NCBI RefSeq assembly: GCF_001194135.2
Contig: NC_068997.1
Location: 6,884,272 to 6,948,271 of the forward strand
Source of the DNA: Octopus bimaculoides
Taxonomy: Eukaryota
Length of the DNA stretch: 64,000 nucleotides
Direction of reading: 5' to 3'
Part shown: piece after piece, positions 63,025-64,000 of the stretch
Numbering within the stretch: position 1 is the first letter of the stretch
Layout of the letters: each line of letters begins with the position of its first letter
The notes under the pieces: generated by a model
What the model was told of the DNA's origin: nothing
The model's database searches: none
Seen by the model: only the letters and a program-made list of their open reading frames with translations
Translations under genes and position numbers: made by a program

Positions 63025-63824
63025 GTAACACACACACACAGTTTGTTTTTATTTTCCCTGTACTTTCTCTTCTTTCCTCATGGAGTTTTACTTCATTTTT
63101 TTTTCATTGTTCTTTATTCTACCATTCTCTGCTTCTTTTATTCTGTCCTTCTTTTATTCTGTTCTATCACTTGTCTCTTAAATTTTCTTTTAATTTATTT
63201 TTCTGCAGCTTTTTGTATTTTTTCATGTTTTTAAATTTTTATTTTGTCATTTTTCTTCCTTCTAAAAAATTTTTTTTTATCTAATTTTGTTTTTCTCTTT
63301 CTCAAAAACATCAATCATAACATTACCTACTGTAGCTCCATCAGTGTCAGGAAACAAAAAAAAAAGAGAAAGAAAGAACCTTTATGTGGTGGTTTGGTCT
63401 ACTAGAAATAGCAACCAAATGAAACCATGATCATATTTGTAATGCCTTTGACCATAGGTCTTGTCTATGGCAATAGGACTGACCAAAGCTAACAAAACAA
63501 TATCAATACCAACTACAGAAGGAGCTTTTGCAAGGCTGCTTGATCTGCTAGAAATAGTAGCCAAATCTCCCTTAAATCCCACACTACCGTCTTGAAAAGA
63601 AAAAAGACCCATTAGATAATGTATTCCCTTAAAAAAACTGGATAGTCTAAAATAACGTGTTGTGTCTGGGAAGAGTTATTCTGATTTCCTGCTTTTATTT
63701 AACACACTCACCAGTAAAGTTCCCACTTGTTTACTTATTTTCCCTAAAATTTTTGTTGCGTCTTGCAACCCTTTCAATGGTCGTTGACGCTGTCCGTTAT
63801 CCAAGCTGCGTTCTTTTTGTTTGT

Positions 63825-63990
63825 GTGTGTGCACATACACATGCATGTGTGTATGTATGTATGCATGCATGTGTGTGTATGTATGTATGCATGCATGCAT
63901 GTGTGTGTATGTATGTATATATGTATGTGTGTACGTTTGTATGTATTCTGCATATTCATGTGTTTGTGAGTTCGTGTGTGTGTGTGTGTA
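63825..63990. repeat. (GT)n/(GTAT)n/(GCAT)n compound microsatellite
   Basis: Direct reading. Confidence 0.95.
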
Positions 63991-64000
63991 CCTCTGTCTC

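Overview
AT-rich, microsatellite- and SINE-dense animal genomic DNA with many scaffold gaps. The repeat landscape suggests a draft octopus/cephalopod assembly (inference, not verified). Two intron-rich genes are transcribed divergently. On the minus strand is the 5' half of a p120RasGAP/RASA1 ortholog: ATG at 23649, then SH2-SH3-SH2 and the start of the PH domain down to 1015, continuing beyond the left edge. Nine complete coding exons and one gap-truncated exon were reconstructed with consistent splice phases, and one further exon is probably hidden in the 2795-3267 gap. On the plus strand is the 5' half of a GH2 lysosomal beta-mannosidase (MANBA): a probable signal-peptide exon at 40643 and exons from 52029 to 63024, continuing beyond the right edge. 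The ~17 kb intergenic region holds a decayed Helitron helicase, an unexplained GC-rich island and a hAT MITE nested in a SINE. Introns carry RTE LINE fragments with a PHD-like zinc module, several tRNA-derived SINE families, and hAT and piggyBac MITEs. The best second-look candidates are: a tRNA-headed element with a CpG-decayed hammerhead-ribozyme-like core (3470-3723), a candidate alternative MANBA exon giving a signal-peptide-less N-terminus (51441-51597), a 183-bp intronic foldback (57043-57495), a perfect 20-bp hairpin beside a RASA1 splice acceptor (8982-9026), a GC-AG intron, an overlapping uORF and a head-to-tail array of six SINEs. No CRISPR array, rRNA, intact tRNA or prokaryotic system is supported. 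All reading and alignment was done by eye.
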